A DNA stretch of 61,414 bases, filler included, from Nemertoderma westbladi (GCA_032718475.1; 3 parts of 3 records of this genome joined end to end with filler, not necessarily neighbours in it); one strand, 5' to 3'; shown: positions 13,401 to 26,317, counted from the whole stretch's first letter. Numbers and translations are program-made. Notes: generated from the sequence alone by a model not told the origin.

Positions 13401-16400
13401 AAAGGTAAATAAATATACAGCATATATTGAAGGAACTACAAAGGTAAATAAATATACAGCATATATTGAAGGAACTATAAAGGTAAATAAATATACAGCA
13501 TATATTGAAGGAACTACAAAGGTAAATAAATATACAGCATATATTGAAGGAACTACAAAGGTAAATAAATATACAGCATATATTGAAGGAAACAAAGGTA
13601 AATAAATATACAGCTTATCTTGAAGGAACTACAAAGGTAAATATACAGCTTATCTTGAAGGAACTACAAAGGTAAATAAATATACAGCTTATATTGAAGG
13701 AACTACAAAGGTAAATAAATATACAGTATATATTGAAGGAACTACAAAGGTAAATATACAGCATATATTGAAGGAACTACAAAGGTAAATAAATATACAG
13801 CTTATCTTGAAGGAACTACAAAGGTAAATATACAGCTTATCTTGAAGGAACTACAAAGGTAAATAAATATACAGCTTATCTTGAAGGAACTACAAAGGTA
13901 AATAAATATACAGTATATATTGAAGGAACTACAAAGGTAAATATACAGCATATATTGAAGGAACTACAAAGGTAAATAAATATACAGCTTATCTTGAAGG
14001 AACTACAAAGGTAAATATACAGCTTATCTTGAAGGAACTACAAAGGTAAATAAATATACAGCTTATATTGAAGGAACTACAAAGGTAAATAAATATACAG
14101 CTTATCTTGAAGGAACTACAAAGGTAAATAAATATACAGTATATATTGAAGGAACTACAAAGGTAAATATACAGCATATATTGAAGGAACTACAAAGGTA
14201 AATAAATATACAGCTTATCTTGAAGGAACTACAAAGGTAAATATACAGCTTATCTTGAAGGAACTACAAAGGTAAATAAATATACAGCTTATATTGAAGG
14301 AACTACAAAGGTAAATAAATATACAGTATATATTGAAGGAACTACAAAGGTAAATATACAGCATATATTGAAGGAACTACAAAGGTAAATAAATATACAG
14401 CTTATCTTGAAGGAACTACAAAGGTAAATATACAGCTTATCTTGAAGGAACTACAAAGGTAAATAAATATACAGCTTATCTTGAAGGAACTACAAAGGTA
14501 AATAAATATACAGTATATATTGAAGGAACTACAAAGGTAAATATACAGCATATATTGAAGGAACTACAAAGGTAAATAAATATACAGCTTATCTTGAAGG
14601 AACTACAAAGGTAAATATACAGCTTATCTTGAAGGAACTACAAAGGTTAATAAATATACAGCTTATATTGAAGGAACTACAAAGGTAAATAAATATACAG
14701 CTTATCTTGAAGGAACTACAAAGGTAAATAAATATACAGTATATATTGAAGGAACTACAAAGGTAAATATACAGCATATATTGAAGGAACTACAAAGGTA
14801 AATAAATATACAGCTTATCTTGAAGGAACTACAAAGGTAAATATACAGCATATATTGTAGGAACTACAAAGGTAAATAAATATACAGCATATATTGAAGG
14901 AACTACAAAGGTAAATAAATATACAGCATATATTGAAGGAACTACAAAGGTAAATATACAGCTTATCTTGAAGGAACTACAAAGGTAAATATACAGCTTA
15001 TCTTGAAGGAACTACAAAGGTAAATAAATATACAGCTTATCTTGAAGGAACTACAAAGGTAAATATACAGCTTATCTTGAAGGAACTACAAAGGTAAATA
15101 TACAGCTTATCTTGAAGGAACTACAAAGGTAAATAAATATACAGTATATATTGAAGGAACTACAAAGGTAAATATACAGCATATATTGAAGGAACTACAA
15201 AGGTAAATAAATATACAGCATATATTGAAGGAACTACAAAGGTAAATAAATATACAGCATATATTGAAGGAACTACAAAGGTAAATAAATATACAGCATA
15301 TATTGAAGGAACTACAAAGGTAAATAAATATACAGCATATATTGAAGGAACTACAAAGGTAAATAAATATACAGCATATATTGAAGGAACTACAAAGGTA
15401 AATAAATATACAGATTAACTTGAAGGAACTACAAAGGTAAATATATATACAGCATATATTGAAGGAACTACAAAGGTAAATAAATATACAGATTAACTTG
15501 AAGGAACTACAAAGGTAAATAAATATACAGCATATATTGAAGGAACTACAAAGGTTAATAAATATACAGCATATATTGAAGGAACTACAAAGGTAAATAA
15601 ATATACAGATTAACTTGAAGGAACTACAAAGGTAAATAAATATACAGCATATATTGAAGGAACTACAAAGGTAAATAAATATACAGCATATATTGAAGGA
15701 ACTACAAAGGTAAATAAATATACAGCATATATTGAAGGAACTACAAAGGTAAATAAATATACAGCATATATTGAAGGAACTACAAAGGTAAATAAATATA
15801 CAGCATATATTGAAGGAACTACAAAGGTTAATAAATATACAGCATATATTGAAGGAACTACAAAGGTAAATAAATATACAGATTAACTTGAAGGAACTAC
15901 AAAGGTAAATAAATATACAGCATATATTGAAGGAACTACAAAGGTAAATAAATATACAGCATATATTGAAGGAACTACAAAGGTTAATAAATATACAGCA
16001 TATATTGAAGGAACTACAAAGGTAAATAAATATACAGATTAACTTGAAGGAACTACAAAGGTAAATAAATATACAGCATATATTGAAGGAACTACAAAGG
16101 TAAATAAATATACAGCATATATTGAAGGAACTACAAAGGTAAATAAATATACAGCATATATTGAAGGAACTACAAAGGTAAATAAATATACAGCATATAT
16201 TGAAGGAACTACAAAGGTAAATAAATATACAGATTAACTTGAAGGAACTACAAAGGTAAATAAATATACAGCATATATTGAAGGAACTACAAAGGTAAAT
16301 AAATATACAGCATATATTGAAGGAACTACAAAGGTAAATATACAGCATATATTGAAGGAACTACAAAGGTAAATAAATATACAGCATATATTGAAGGAAC

Positions 16401-17356
16401 TACAAAGGTAAATAAATATACAGCATATATTGAAGGAACTACAAAGGTAAATAAATATACAGCTTATCTTGAAGGAACTACAAAGGTAAATAAATATACA
16501 GCATATATTGAAGGAACTACAAAGGTAAATATATATACAGCATATATTGAAGGAACTACAAAGGTAAATAAATATACAGCTTATCTTGAAGGAACTACAA
16601 AGGTAAATAAATATACAGCATATATTGAAGGAACTACAAAGGTAAATAAATATACAGCATATATTGAAGGAATTACAAAGGTAAATAAATATACAGCATA
16701 TATTGAAGGAACTACAAAGGTAAATAAATATACAGCTTATCTTGAAGGAATTACAAAGGTAAATAAATATACAGCTTACCAGTGTACCGGTAGGTCCTGA
16801 CTTTCTTACTGGACTGTCTTGTACTATCCGCTCTGTTGTTTCTGTAGTACTGTACTGCTGTACACGCCTTCCATATTCAATTACAACCGTTTTTTGCACA
16901 CTAGCCACACCCATTATTTTGTAAATTGTTTTTTTTTGTATTGTTATTTCAATCTTCACCAGCCTTATTATTGTATTTTGTATTTAGTACTGTCTTTCAC
17001 TAATTTTCAGGTATTTATTTGTTTTTGCTTTGAAAATGATTATTGTTTAATAAATCGAAACGTCAGCTGTTTTTTAGAATCTTTATTTCTCAAATCATGA
17101 AGTTTAAGTTATTTGCGCTGTTTATTGTTGCCTTAATAAGCTTCAGGTTCCCAGTAACTCAAACTCTATCATATACAGCTTATCTTGAAGGAATTACAAA
17201 GGTAAATAAATATACAGCTTATATTGAAGGAACTACAAAGGTTAATAAATATACAGCTTAACTTGAAGGAACTACAAAGGTAAATATATATACAGCTTAA
17301 CTTGAAGGAACTACAAAGGTAAATATACAGCATATATTGAAGGAACTACAAAGGTA
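10497..17356. repeat. Satellite, 39-bp monomer (TACAGCATATATTGAAGGAACTACAAAGGTAAATAAATA) with a 35-bp deletion variant; interrupted at 16779-17170
   Basis: About 170 visible copies. This array is the source of all the 'LCSSFNICCIFIY' ORFs in the track. Confidence 0.97.
16779..17170 (+). mobile_element. 392-bp insertion in the satellite, possibly a Penelope-like pLTR fragment with a variant hammerhead motif
   Basis: Flanked by the 12-bp direct repeat ATATACAGCTTA (16767-16778 and 17171-17182). Contains GCT-TTGAAAAT-GATT..AATC-GAAACGTC-AGC at 17027-17067. Confidence 0.5.
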
Positions 17357-17399
17357 GATATAAGGCATGACAGAACTACAATGGTAAATTTACCCACGA

Positions 17400-18179
17400 A
17401 GGACCCACATGACCGTAACTGCAGAAGTAGAGTGTATGGGGATCGAGGTACGGCGGGGCTTGCTATCAGAACGATCTTCGTGACGATAGAGAGAGGCAAT
17501 GAAAAATACAAAAAAAATTGTTGATCCCTTGACTGGCCCTTTGACCAATCATCTACCAATAAGGCATAGGCCTACTGCATAAAGCACATTTTCACTTAAA
17601 GAGAGCTTGGTGGTGCCAAGGGATTACTAGAAGTGGAAAAGTTGTGTAATTAATTGGAGATGAGTGACATAATGATAACTCACCTTCACCATCACAACAA
17701 TAAAGTGCTCGTTCCAGACGACCTATCAAATCGCTGTAAGCTATAACGTACTGCATATCGTGATTCACCCACTCATTAACCAGTGAACGACCAAAAGATA
17801 AACCCAACAGCACAACGACAAACTCCACAATTAGTAGCAATATAAGTGGGATTATTATGTAAAGGAAAGTCCGAGTTATCATAACAGTACGACTAAGCCA
17901 GGCTCTTTGTCGCAAGACACAGAAACAAAGCAGACCTGAATAGAGTAATGGAATAAAACTCGTGAACAATAGTGCATAAAATCCGTTACGGTAGTAAGTC
18001 AATGTCGACGAGCTGACCATAGTGGAGGTGCTGTGATTGTTGATGACATCCAGACTCACTTTCATGGATTTTGTATATTGTTGTGAAACACAAACGCCAA
18101 TGAACGATATAGTAATGATGGGCAGGGCCACAACCCACACCATAACAGCAATTTCATGATATCGTGATCTCGGAAACAT
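17400..18179 (-). pseudogene. Divergent tetraspanin-like four-TM protein, frame broken near 17560-17620 (or a short intron there)
   Basis: ORF 17592-18227 has three hydrophobic helices (..GLLCFCV.., FLYIIIPLILLLIVEFVVVLL) and LERALYCCDG at the position of the tetraspanin EC2 CCG motif. A fourth hydrophobic segment (FFLYFSLPLSIVTKIVLIA) lies in ORF 17311-17559 in another frame. Confidence 0.55.
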
Positions 18180-18318
18180 TATGGAATTATTACTTATGTC
18201 AGTACAGTATGTTACATACAGCAGCAAAACAGTTTAATACAGTTTATAACTATAGATATGGTACCGTACTCAATGGTAGGGATAGTTGCTTTATCTACGC
18301 ATGGCCTACTATATATAC

Positions 18319-18489
18319 GGTCGATTCGCCCTCGACCTTTTCGCCCCAAGTCGATTCACCCCACATTTTAGGGGCATATGGACCTGGGGCGAATCAGTCA
18401 ACTGTCCAAGTCGATTCACCCCAGGTCCATATGCCCCTAAAATGTGGGGAAAATCGACTTGGGGCGAAAAGGTCGAGGGCGAATCGACC
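18319..18489. mobile_element. Near-perfect ~170-bp palindrome (MITE-like)
   Basis: GGTCGATTCGCCCTCGACCTTTTCGCCCCAAGTCGATT..GGACCTGGGG is mirrored by CCCCAGGTCC..AATCGACTTGGGGCGAAAAGGTCGAGGGCGAATCGACC. Confidence 0.8.
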
Positions 18490-18924
18490 CGCACCCTTAA
18501 CCGCCAGGACTACAAACAAACGAAGTCACGAAGTATTCCTAGATTTTCGTGAACCATTTTGAGGATGATTACCTAACAACATCTGGAGCTGTAAACGTGA
18601 AATTGGATTGGTACATGTCTCCCATACCAACCATCGCAGTTGCTGGGACTCCGTCCTCCATGGCTGCCCAGGTCAAACGACCGCGGCGTGAACCCACAAT
18701 TCGAGAGTACCACGCTGACGAGATGTCCCAATTCCACAGACAATTTGCAGTCTCGTCACTTGATGATATTAATGTGGATTGCTGTTCCCCTGGCTATGTC
18801 TTCGACAAAACAACCAATCGCATTCTGATCTAAGAGTTGGATTTGAGTGGCGATATGCCTCGGTTGGGCGGAGCGATACGAATATCGGCAGATTTACGAA
18901 TTAAACTCGAACTAAATCATCGCC

Positions 18925-20345
18925 TCAAGAGTCCCACAAGAAATGAAAACAAATAAGTTGGTGCCAGTTCCTAAGAAGGGCAACCTAACACTCAATGGTT
19001 CTTTTCGGGGAATCTCATTGATCTCGATTGCTGCAAAGCTATACAATAGAATTCTATTAAATCGCATCAGGGATCCCATTGAGAGACTGCTCCATGGAAA
19101 TCAGAATGGGTTCCGTAAAGGTCGTGGGACCATGGAAACCATTTTGGCACTTAGAAGGATAATTGAAGAGTTATCAAAAAAGAAAGACAGGCATCTGGCT
19201 GTTATCTTTGTTGACTTCTTCAAGGCCTTTGATTCAGTCTCCCGCTCACGTATGTTCAGCATACTTTCATTATATGGGATTCCTGATGAAATTATTGCAG
19301 CAATCAGATCAGTATACGATGGTTCGACAACATTTGTGTCTACTGTTGATGGTGACACAGAACCATTTGAAGTGTTATGGGGCGTCCTCCAGGGAGACAC
19401 ACTTGCACCATTCTTGTTCATAATTGTGGTTGACTATGTTCTACGCATGTCCTTAGATCATCATATTGATGATGGGGTGATGATAACTCCACCTACTGGC
19501 TCCAGAAGTCGAGGAAATCCTGCCAAGTACCTAACTGATCTAGACTTTGCTGATGACTTAGGAGTACTCTCAGAATCACTAGAGGGAGCCCAATGGCTCC
19601 TCAGCTCATTAGAACATGCTGCTTCTAGTGTTGGTCTTTTTATTAACTCCAGAAAGACCAAAATTTTGACAGTTAACTTTGAAAGTTCTCAGCAAGTCTC
19701 TGATCGGATGAGCATAAGCTCAAAGGATGGTATGCTTGAGCATGTGGACGACTTCTGTTACCTGGGATCATGGATCCGGAAGTCAGGTGAGGACCTTCGA
19801 ATACGTAAGGGAAAGGAATGGGCAGCCTTGAATAGGCTTTCCAGGATTTGGAAGTCACCGAGAATTAATCGGAAACTTAAGGTCCGATTATTTAGAGCAG
19901 CAGTAGTTCCAGTACTCCTCTATGGGAGTCCATGCTGGGCTCTAACTACTGAGGATACCAAATCTCTGGATGGCACATTCACAAGAACGCTACGCCGGGT
20001 TCATTGTACAGAGTACAATGCACACATCTCCAACCAGACACTATATAACATTGGAGGTGTCTCACACTAGAACAAAATCGCCTCCGCTTTGCAGGACATT
20101 GCTTTCGCCGTGAGGACCAGCCAGTGCATAATCTTGTACTTTGGCAGCCTCATGGAGTGAATAAGCATGGTGGACAGCCCATGACTTTCTTGAGACGCAT
20201 CTTAAAGGACACTGGTCTTGAAGATGCGGATGATCTAGCAATATCATGGGTGATAGGGAGTTGTGGCGGCGCAATTTTGTCGACAAGCCGGCACAGCATT
20301 CTTAAAAATGCAGCTGCAATGCAGCATGCCGATACTAGTAGTAAC
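18925..20345 (+). mobile_element. 5'-truncated RTE-clade non-LTR retrotransposon
   Basis: Flanked by the TSD TCATCGCC (18917-18924 and 20346-20353). Contains the RT ORF plus the RTE-type C-terminus LWQPHG..GGQP..F, and ends in a short TAGTAGTAA tail. Confidence 0.85.
18943..20070 (+). pseudogene. Non-LTR reverse transcriptase, partial (RTE-like)
   Basis: Motifs VPVPKKG..FRGISL, QNGFRKGR, FVDFFKAFDSV, GVLQGDTLAPFLF, DLDFADD and FCYLGS. No endonuclease domain; the C-terminus is frameshifted. Confidence 0.9.
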
Positions 20346-23267
20346 TCATCGCCCAGTTCCTCTCCCAAAATGGTTTTGGTTGGCAACCAATCACCACTGC
20401 ATATTGAATAACACCACTCAGCTCGATAACCTGGTGGTTTATCTTCGAAACACGGCCCAGAACAACAACTCTACTGTGTTCGATGAAGTTAACCGTTATC
20501 AGCACTTCGATAAGAAGGGTCGGACTCTCACAACGTAATGCGGTTCGCTCTGAAGTTACACTATACTTCACGAAAAGCCTACCAGATACTTAGTGAGGAG
20601 GTCCAATTACAGAATTACCATCTCTGACTCTCCTCAACAACCTTCAGAAAGGTGGCATTGATAGCATGAAGGTATGTTCGATTGGTTCGCGATGATAAAT
20701 TTCTGAACAGTACGCTTGGCGAGAGATTGGTTTAACTCCACAGACGGCGAATGCGTTGATTGTAACATGTCGTTCTACCGCTGACCTCTGTGACGATCTA
20801 CTGGTGGATGGATATCAGTTTGTATTAACATCGAGGTTGAACTCCGATCCGCTAGAACTAAGGTATAGTCAGTATCGGCAAATGAGCGGAGGAAGATTTC
20901 TATCAGGATTACGAGAAGTTAAAAATTTTGAACAAATTCTCGTAATGATGTCTCTTCTGCTCTTCTCGAAGCTGATATTGACTTTTGGGACGATAAGTCA
21001 CTCTTTCTCGAACCTCACGATGTATCCAGTTGGGATTCCATTCTCCAAGACCACAATGATGCAATTTTGTGTGCTGAACTATCGATAGCGTCTATCTGTC
21101 TATGGAGGTTGTGGAACACATTGCTGGGTTCATTTTCATTATAAAGAAGCTCCGGCAGTCCGGGATTTATCCAAATCCCACGATACATGCAACAACTGCC
21201 CAGTATTCTCTACGCTCTACTATCAGACTATCGCGTTTACCAGCAATGACGGACAGTCCACGAGCTATATTGGAGTGCTCAACCGAGGCGAACTTCTAAC
21301 GCCATTACCGGCGTTCACTGAGATTGTTGGCGACTGTTTTTGTCGATTGGACTATGCTGAAGGTATCAGGGTATCCTTCAGCAATCGGGTATCCCTAATC
21401 GTGCTGCATCAATGCACTATTTGGAGAACTTCGGAATTTATGCGTCGGAAATGTTTTGCGAACTCCACAAGAAGAAGATCAGTCTAGTCCACCGTACACT
21501 GATAAACATTTTCCGACAATCCGAGATATTTCTCTACAGGGGAGTCAAACTTTGAGTCCGAGCCAAGGGAGTCCAGGAGTCTCTATAAATAAATATGTTT
21601 TTTTATCATAAACAACCAAAAGCAAAAGCCATCCATGTTTATATTCAGATATTACAGCAGTAGGCCTACAGGTATACTACGTTAAGTAAATAATTAGTAC
21701 TACCGGTAGTGTAGTGCATAGTGCAGTAGTAAACTGGAAACACTGGCCTCTTTTGAAACAGGCTTATGCGCAAGCATGTTAGGCCGTATAGTAGGCCATG
21801 ATCTACGAACCAGTACTGTAGTAGTGTTAATTCAGTAATTGTTAGGCCTTTGTATAGGGTGTTCACATCACTGTCTGACTCTTCAGTTTAGTTATCAACA
21901 ATACCGTACTGATAGTGAAATACGTAGTGAGAGATTAACAAAGATGCCTGCATAAGGCTGTGTATTTGAATTTCAAATGTTAGATGATTGTGTGAAAGTG
22001 AGACAGGAGGGTAAAAGAACACCTTTTTTAAAAACTTGTCGAATCCGAGCAATCATTTATTTTTCACAAGTTTTTTTTACCTTTCCACAAAACTACCTAA
22101 TTATTTTAGCACATTTATGTAACTTTTTAACTTTTTACTTTAAATTTTAATTTAAAAGCCGCGCCCTTCTAGAACTTTGAACTAAAATTAGTAATATTTA
22201 CATTTCTTCGTCTATTATATTTATTTTATCACACTCATGTTCTTTCTAAATTATTGGAATTCGACTTAAACTCCTTTGCAATATGTACATATGTAACATA
22301 CTGTACCAACATCCATAGAACCTTTACCGATTTTAATATTTCCTAATATAGCGAGGACCCTCATGAAAACGAGACATAGTCTCATGGGCCTCGACGGCAA
22401 ATCACTACCTAATTAACTCTCAGTATAATATACGCATTGTGTATTTATAATTCCTAACTCACAGACGCGGTAAACATATTATAAATAAATACAGTACATA
22501 ATAGTTTAAAAGTAAGACAATATATAGTAAATAAATACAGTTCATAAAAATGTATTAAAAAGACAACCTAAAACCTTATTACTAATATATATATTTTATT
22601 GATGCCGAACGTTTTTATAATTATTGTGTTGTAGTTGTTGCCTTTATTAGGAGCTAATTATTAAATTAGGATTAAATCTCAGGATATATAACACTGACTG
22701 ACTGATAATTAGGAGCCCGCTTTACAGCGGTATACCCTGTAAGAATCTCAGGGATACTTTCTGTAAAAATCTCAGGATATATTGATATATAACACTGACT
22801 GACTGACTGACTGATAATTATCCAGGTTCAGGCACTTCCTGCCTGGCGATTTTGATGAAATTTTGCAAGTACATTGCTTTGGTGGTTCATAATCGCGTTA
22901 CAAAATTTCAGATCGATTCTATGTGTGGTATTCGATATATTTAGTTTTTTGACATTATTTTGTCGCGAAATTAAAAGCAATGGTAAAATAACAGCTGGTG
23001 TTCATGATGAAATATAGCTTAATATGTTATACACAGTCATAGTAAAACGTGTTGGTTGCCAAGTTTTACTAGTAGGCTATAAGGAAAGGCAATGTTTACT
23101 CACACATAAGCTGTTGGTTTCTAATGTATTACCCCATAAGCTGATTGCTCTCCCAGTGCTTCCTAAGGGTATATCTACAATAAGGTTACTCACTCTGCTA
23201 TGTTAAGGGGTGGATCAGGAGAATGAATTTTAGTTACACAAAGCAGTGTGTTGTGTCCTATTGCAGT

Positions 23268-23367
23268 NNNNNNNNNNNNNNNNNNNNNNNNNNNNNNNNN
23301 NNNNNNNNNNNTTAATTAATTAANNNNNNNNNNNNNNNNNNNNNNNNNNNNNNNNNNNNNNNNNNNN
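23268..23367. other. Artificial contig linker: 44 N + TTAATTAATTAA + 44 N
   Basis: Exactly 100 bp; the 12-mer gives stops in all six frames; an identical linker is at 52844. Confidence 0.97.
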
Positions 23368-23599
23368 CTATGCTCATCCTCTGTGTTGAACGGGAGCTTC
23401 GTGGAATAAGGGTAGTTGGTATCCTCGTATAGGGATTCTAGTCATATGATTCTTCATATGATTCTGATGTTATGTTCCCATTTTTCGCCATAACACCGGC
23501 TTTTGGGAATAACTCCAGTAAAACTGCTTAAATTATCGAAAGTATAACTGTTACCTTACTTAATAAGTCTCAATCATTTAATTTAACTGCACTAATCAT

Positions 23600-24289
23600 A
23601 TTGTTTGTACTGTTATTTACCGTCAGTTATTAATTGTATCTATTTGTTGATGAAATATTGCCCTTTGGAGAATACGGATAAATCACCCAAATTTCCCAAT
23701 TTTCTTGATACACTACAGGTTAGAGAGACAGGCTATATATAACAATTGCGATTTATATTAATGTGGTGTGTATTGAATCTAATGTTATTTAGCAGACCCT
23801 ACATGAGTCAATTGCTGCTCTCTTTATGTGTGATCAAATATACTGACGGTCGGCAGAATAGTGTGCATGATTGTGACTGGTAACAAAGTATTTCCTAAAG
23901 AATACGCCTTATACTTTAATCATAAGCGGTATCGTTGCGTTTAGTATAAGTCCTAGTTCTGTTTAAATAGATAGAGCGCCACGTCCTAAAGGAACTGTTA
24001 ATATTTCCCGAAAGCCAATAATATCTGTCAGAAATTAATTATTAACGATCTATCGAATAATACAGTAGGTTTACACTGCAACCTTACACTGCAATAATAA
24101 AATTTAAGCATCCGAATTCAGCCTCCCGGGTGTAGATCCATCGGGTGAATGATCGCGCATGGGCTGACTTCGGCTAATGTTTTGTTTATTAGCATAAAAT
24201 ATTGTCGTATGCTAAAGGTGTTTTAATTAACTAAAAGACATATAAATTTTGGCAGGTTAAACTGCTAAAGGTCTTCAAAAGCGCGAACA
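23600..24289 (-). mobile_element. Diverged copy of LTR-A (LTR-A'), probably cut by the contig gap
   Basis: Blockwise reverse-complement match to 30064-30745 (e.g. GCGCCACGTCCTAAAGGAACTGTTAATATTTCCC; GGCAGGTTAAACTGCTAAAGGTCT). The match stops exactly at the shared TGTTCGCG terminus. Strand is inferred. Confidence 0.75.
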
Positions 24290-24985
24290 GCGCCTTAGCT
24301 GACAAGTTTTTACCAGCCTTGTTTGGTGTGGTTGTTCCGCAAGCTGATCTGGACCTGTTGTTTCAGCCCGTGCGTCACGGTGGAATTGGGTTAAGTGATC
24401 CAGTGTTCAGAGCTGCTAGTGCGTATCAAGCCTCGAGGGAAGGCACCGAGCTGGTGGTGAGAGCCTTGAAGGAAAAGACTCCCCTATCAGTGGAGGATCA
24501 TAGAACATTGCTACAGGGAACCATCCGTGAAACTAGGTTGAGGGAGGCAGTGTGGGCGAGCGAGGTTCAGACAGTTGTATTGGGGGCAATGGTGCCAGAT
24601 CGAGCGTGATCAGTGAAGCGCCAGCTTTACTCGTAAACTGCTGGCTGGTTGAGTGTGACCCCATTGCTGCTTCATCAGACAGGCATTTCAGCGCAGACAT
24701 TTCGCGACGCCCTGTGTCTGCGGTATGGTTATACTCCCCCGGAGTTGCCATCACACTGTGACGGCTGTGGTGCTATCTTCACCATAGACCACGCCCTGAA
24801 CTGCAAAAAGGGTGGGCTGATATGTCGTCGACATGACGAAATGCGGGATGTGATCGGCGAGTTGTGTGGGTTGGCCTGGTGTACGAGTTCAGTCAAGCGG
24901 GAGGTAGTGCTGCGAGAGGGCCAGTATCTTGAAGACGCGGGAGTCCGAACAGATTTGCTAGTCCGGGGCGTGTGGGCACCACAGG
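24290..24985 (+). pseudogene. CRE-like (RLE-type) non-LTR retrotransposon fragment, post-RT Zn-knuckle/endonuclease region
   Basis: Motifs PVRHGGIGL, FRDALCLRYG, CDGCG..FTIDHALNCKKGG..RHDEMRD and RTDLLVRGVW; frameshifted. Confidence 0.8.
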
Positions 24986-26317
24986 TTTCGCGCCGCACTT
25001 AGCACACCTAGCATCTGAGTAACAGGTCCGCCGTTGGTGTCCTCGTCTGAGACAATTATAACACAACCGCTTATCCCACATGACATCACATCTATCCTTT
25101 AGGGATTTCTTTAAGAATTCATCACACCCACTCAAGCGATGGGGCCCGTCACACAATAGACATTTGGGCTTGATGTTACTTACTTTAACCTGTGCTGTGT
25201 GGTGCACACTTGTTCTTTCCTCGGGCTTTCTTCCATGAATTCTCTTAGGAGACGTGGGAGGAGTTTTTGTTGTCTGTTCTCTCCTGTCACTGGTTCGAGA
25301 CTTAAATTTACTTACGTCTTTAGGTGCTTTGTTGACATAGTAAGATCTTTCGGTGTCTTTCCCGTCGTCTGTATAACACACTGGTGTTACCTTTCTCCTA
25401 GAAACGGGTTTTTCACTTACCTCACTTTCAGGAGTCTTCTCTCTAGACTGTTTTAGGAGTTGTAATCTTACCTCTCGGTTTAAGAATGACAGAAGGTCCG
25501 TCATGGTTGGATCTCTATGTTGTTGGTCCATCAAATAGAGAACCTTTTTGTCCCAGCGAGTACCTACTTCACCCTTTGGCAAAGCTGATGCTAAGGCTCC
25601 TACAACCATGGAATTCTGGTATTCATGAGACTTACCCAACCAGTCTAATTGTCTACAGATCTCCTGAATCTCATCGGAAAACTCTATAATCCCGCTGCTA
25701 AGAAACTTTCGGGGCGCCATTAATTTCGCATACAAATACCGAGCTATGTTAGTCCTATTACCATACCTGATGTTTAGTGTATCCCAAACTTGTCTCAATC
25801 CATCTGGATGTCCAATAAACTTTAGCAGCATTAACTTGGGAGGTCCTTCCAAGCACTCGATGAGGAATCTAAGTCTCTCTCCGTGGGATAGTACGGAACT
25901 CTGTATGTTATCTTTATAATATTCATTAAAAGGTAACCATTTCATCTCATCTCCGTTGAACTTGACGATCTCTCCCACCTTTACCGCTTGACGGGCTTCG
26001 GTTCTAGCCATTTGACGCGTAAAACTTTCTTGGGCCATCGTATTATTTAATATCGAGTTATTGGTATATAAATTTCTTGGATTATGATCAGGTCTATATG
26101 GAATATCATTATCAACAGGTTTATAATTATCCTTAATAGGGTTTACTATAGGAGTTTCTACTTCACTAGCAGTATAGATGCGTGTAGGCTCCACACCTTG
26201 CGCATGAAATACTTCAGACCTAACAGGTTGACACATTGTTACAGGGGGTGGTGGTATACTCCTTTGTATATTTACTAATTTCGCTTGCGTCCTTCTGGGC
26301 TCCTCTATTTGGCGCAC
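24985..26317 (-). pseudogene. BEL/Pao gag C-terminal half, truncated within the third Zn knuckle
   Basis: FNGDEMKWLPF..ERLRFLIECLEG..WDTLNIRYG (DUF1759-like), followed by knuckles CLLCDGPHRLSGC, CYNCLRRGHQRRTC and CAKCG. No pol follows. Confidence 0.85.

Larger units (their letters stand above)
18500..21480 (+). pseudogene. P-element/THAP9-like transposase relic, internally deleted and split by an RTE LINE
   Basis: Motifs read across several frames with stops: HF..PIPTI (THAP end), PVPLPKWF, LPSLTLLNNLQKGGIDSMK, FVLTSRLNSDPLELRYSQYRQMSGGRF (P-element RNase H C-terminal motif), HIAGF and LNRGELLTP. Confidence 0.75.

Noticed and set aside
10423-16959. Many Cys-rich 'LCSSFNICCIFIY' ORFs up to 413 aa
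   Set aside because: Translations of a 39-bp satellite, repeatedly frameshifted by 35-bp units; no gene structure.
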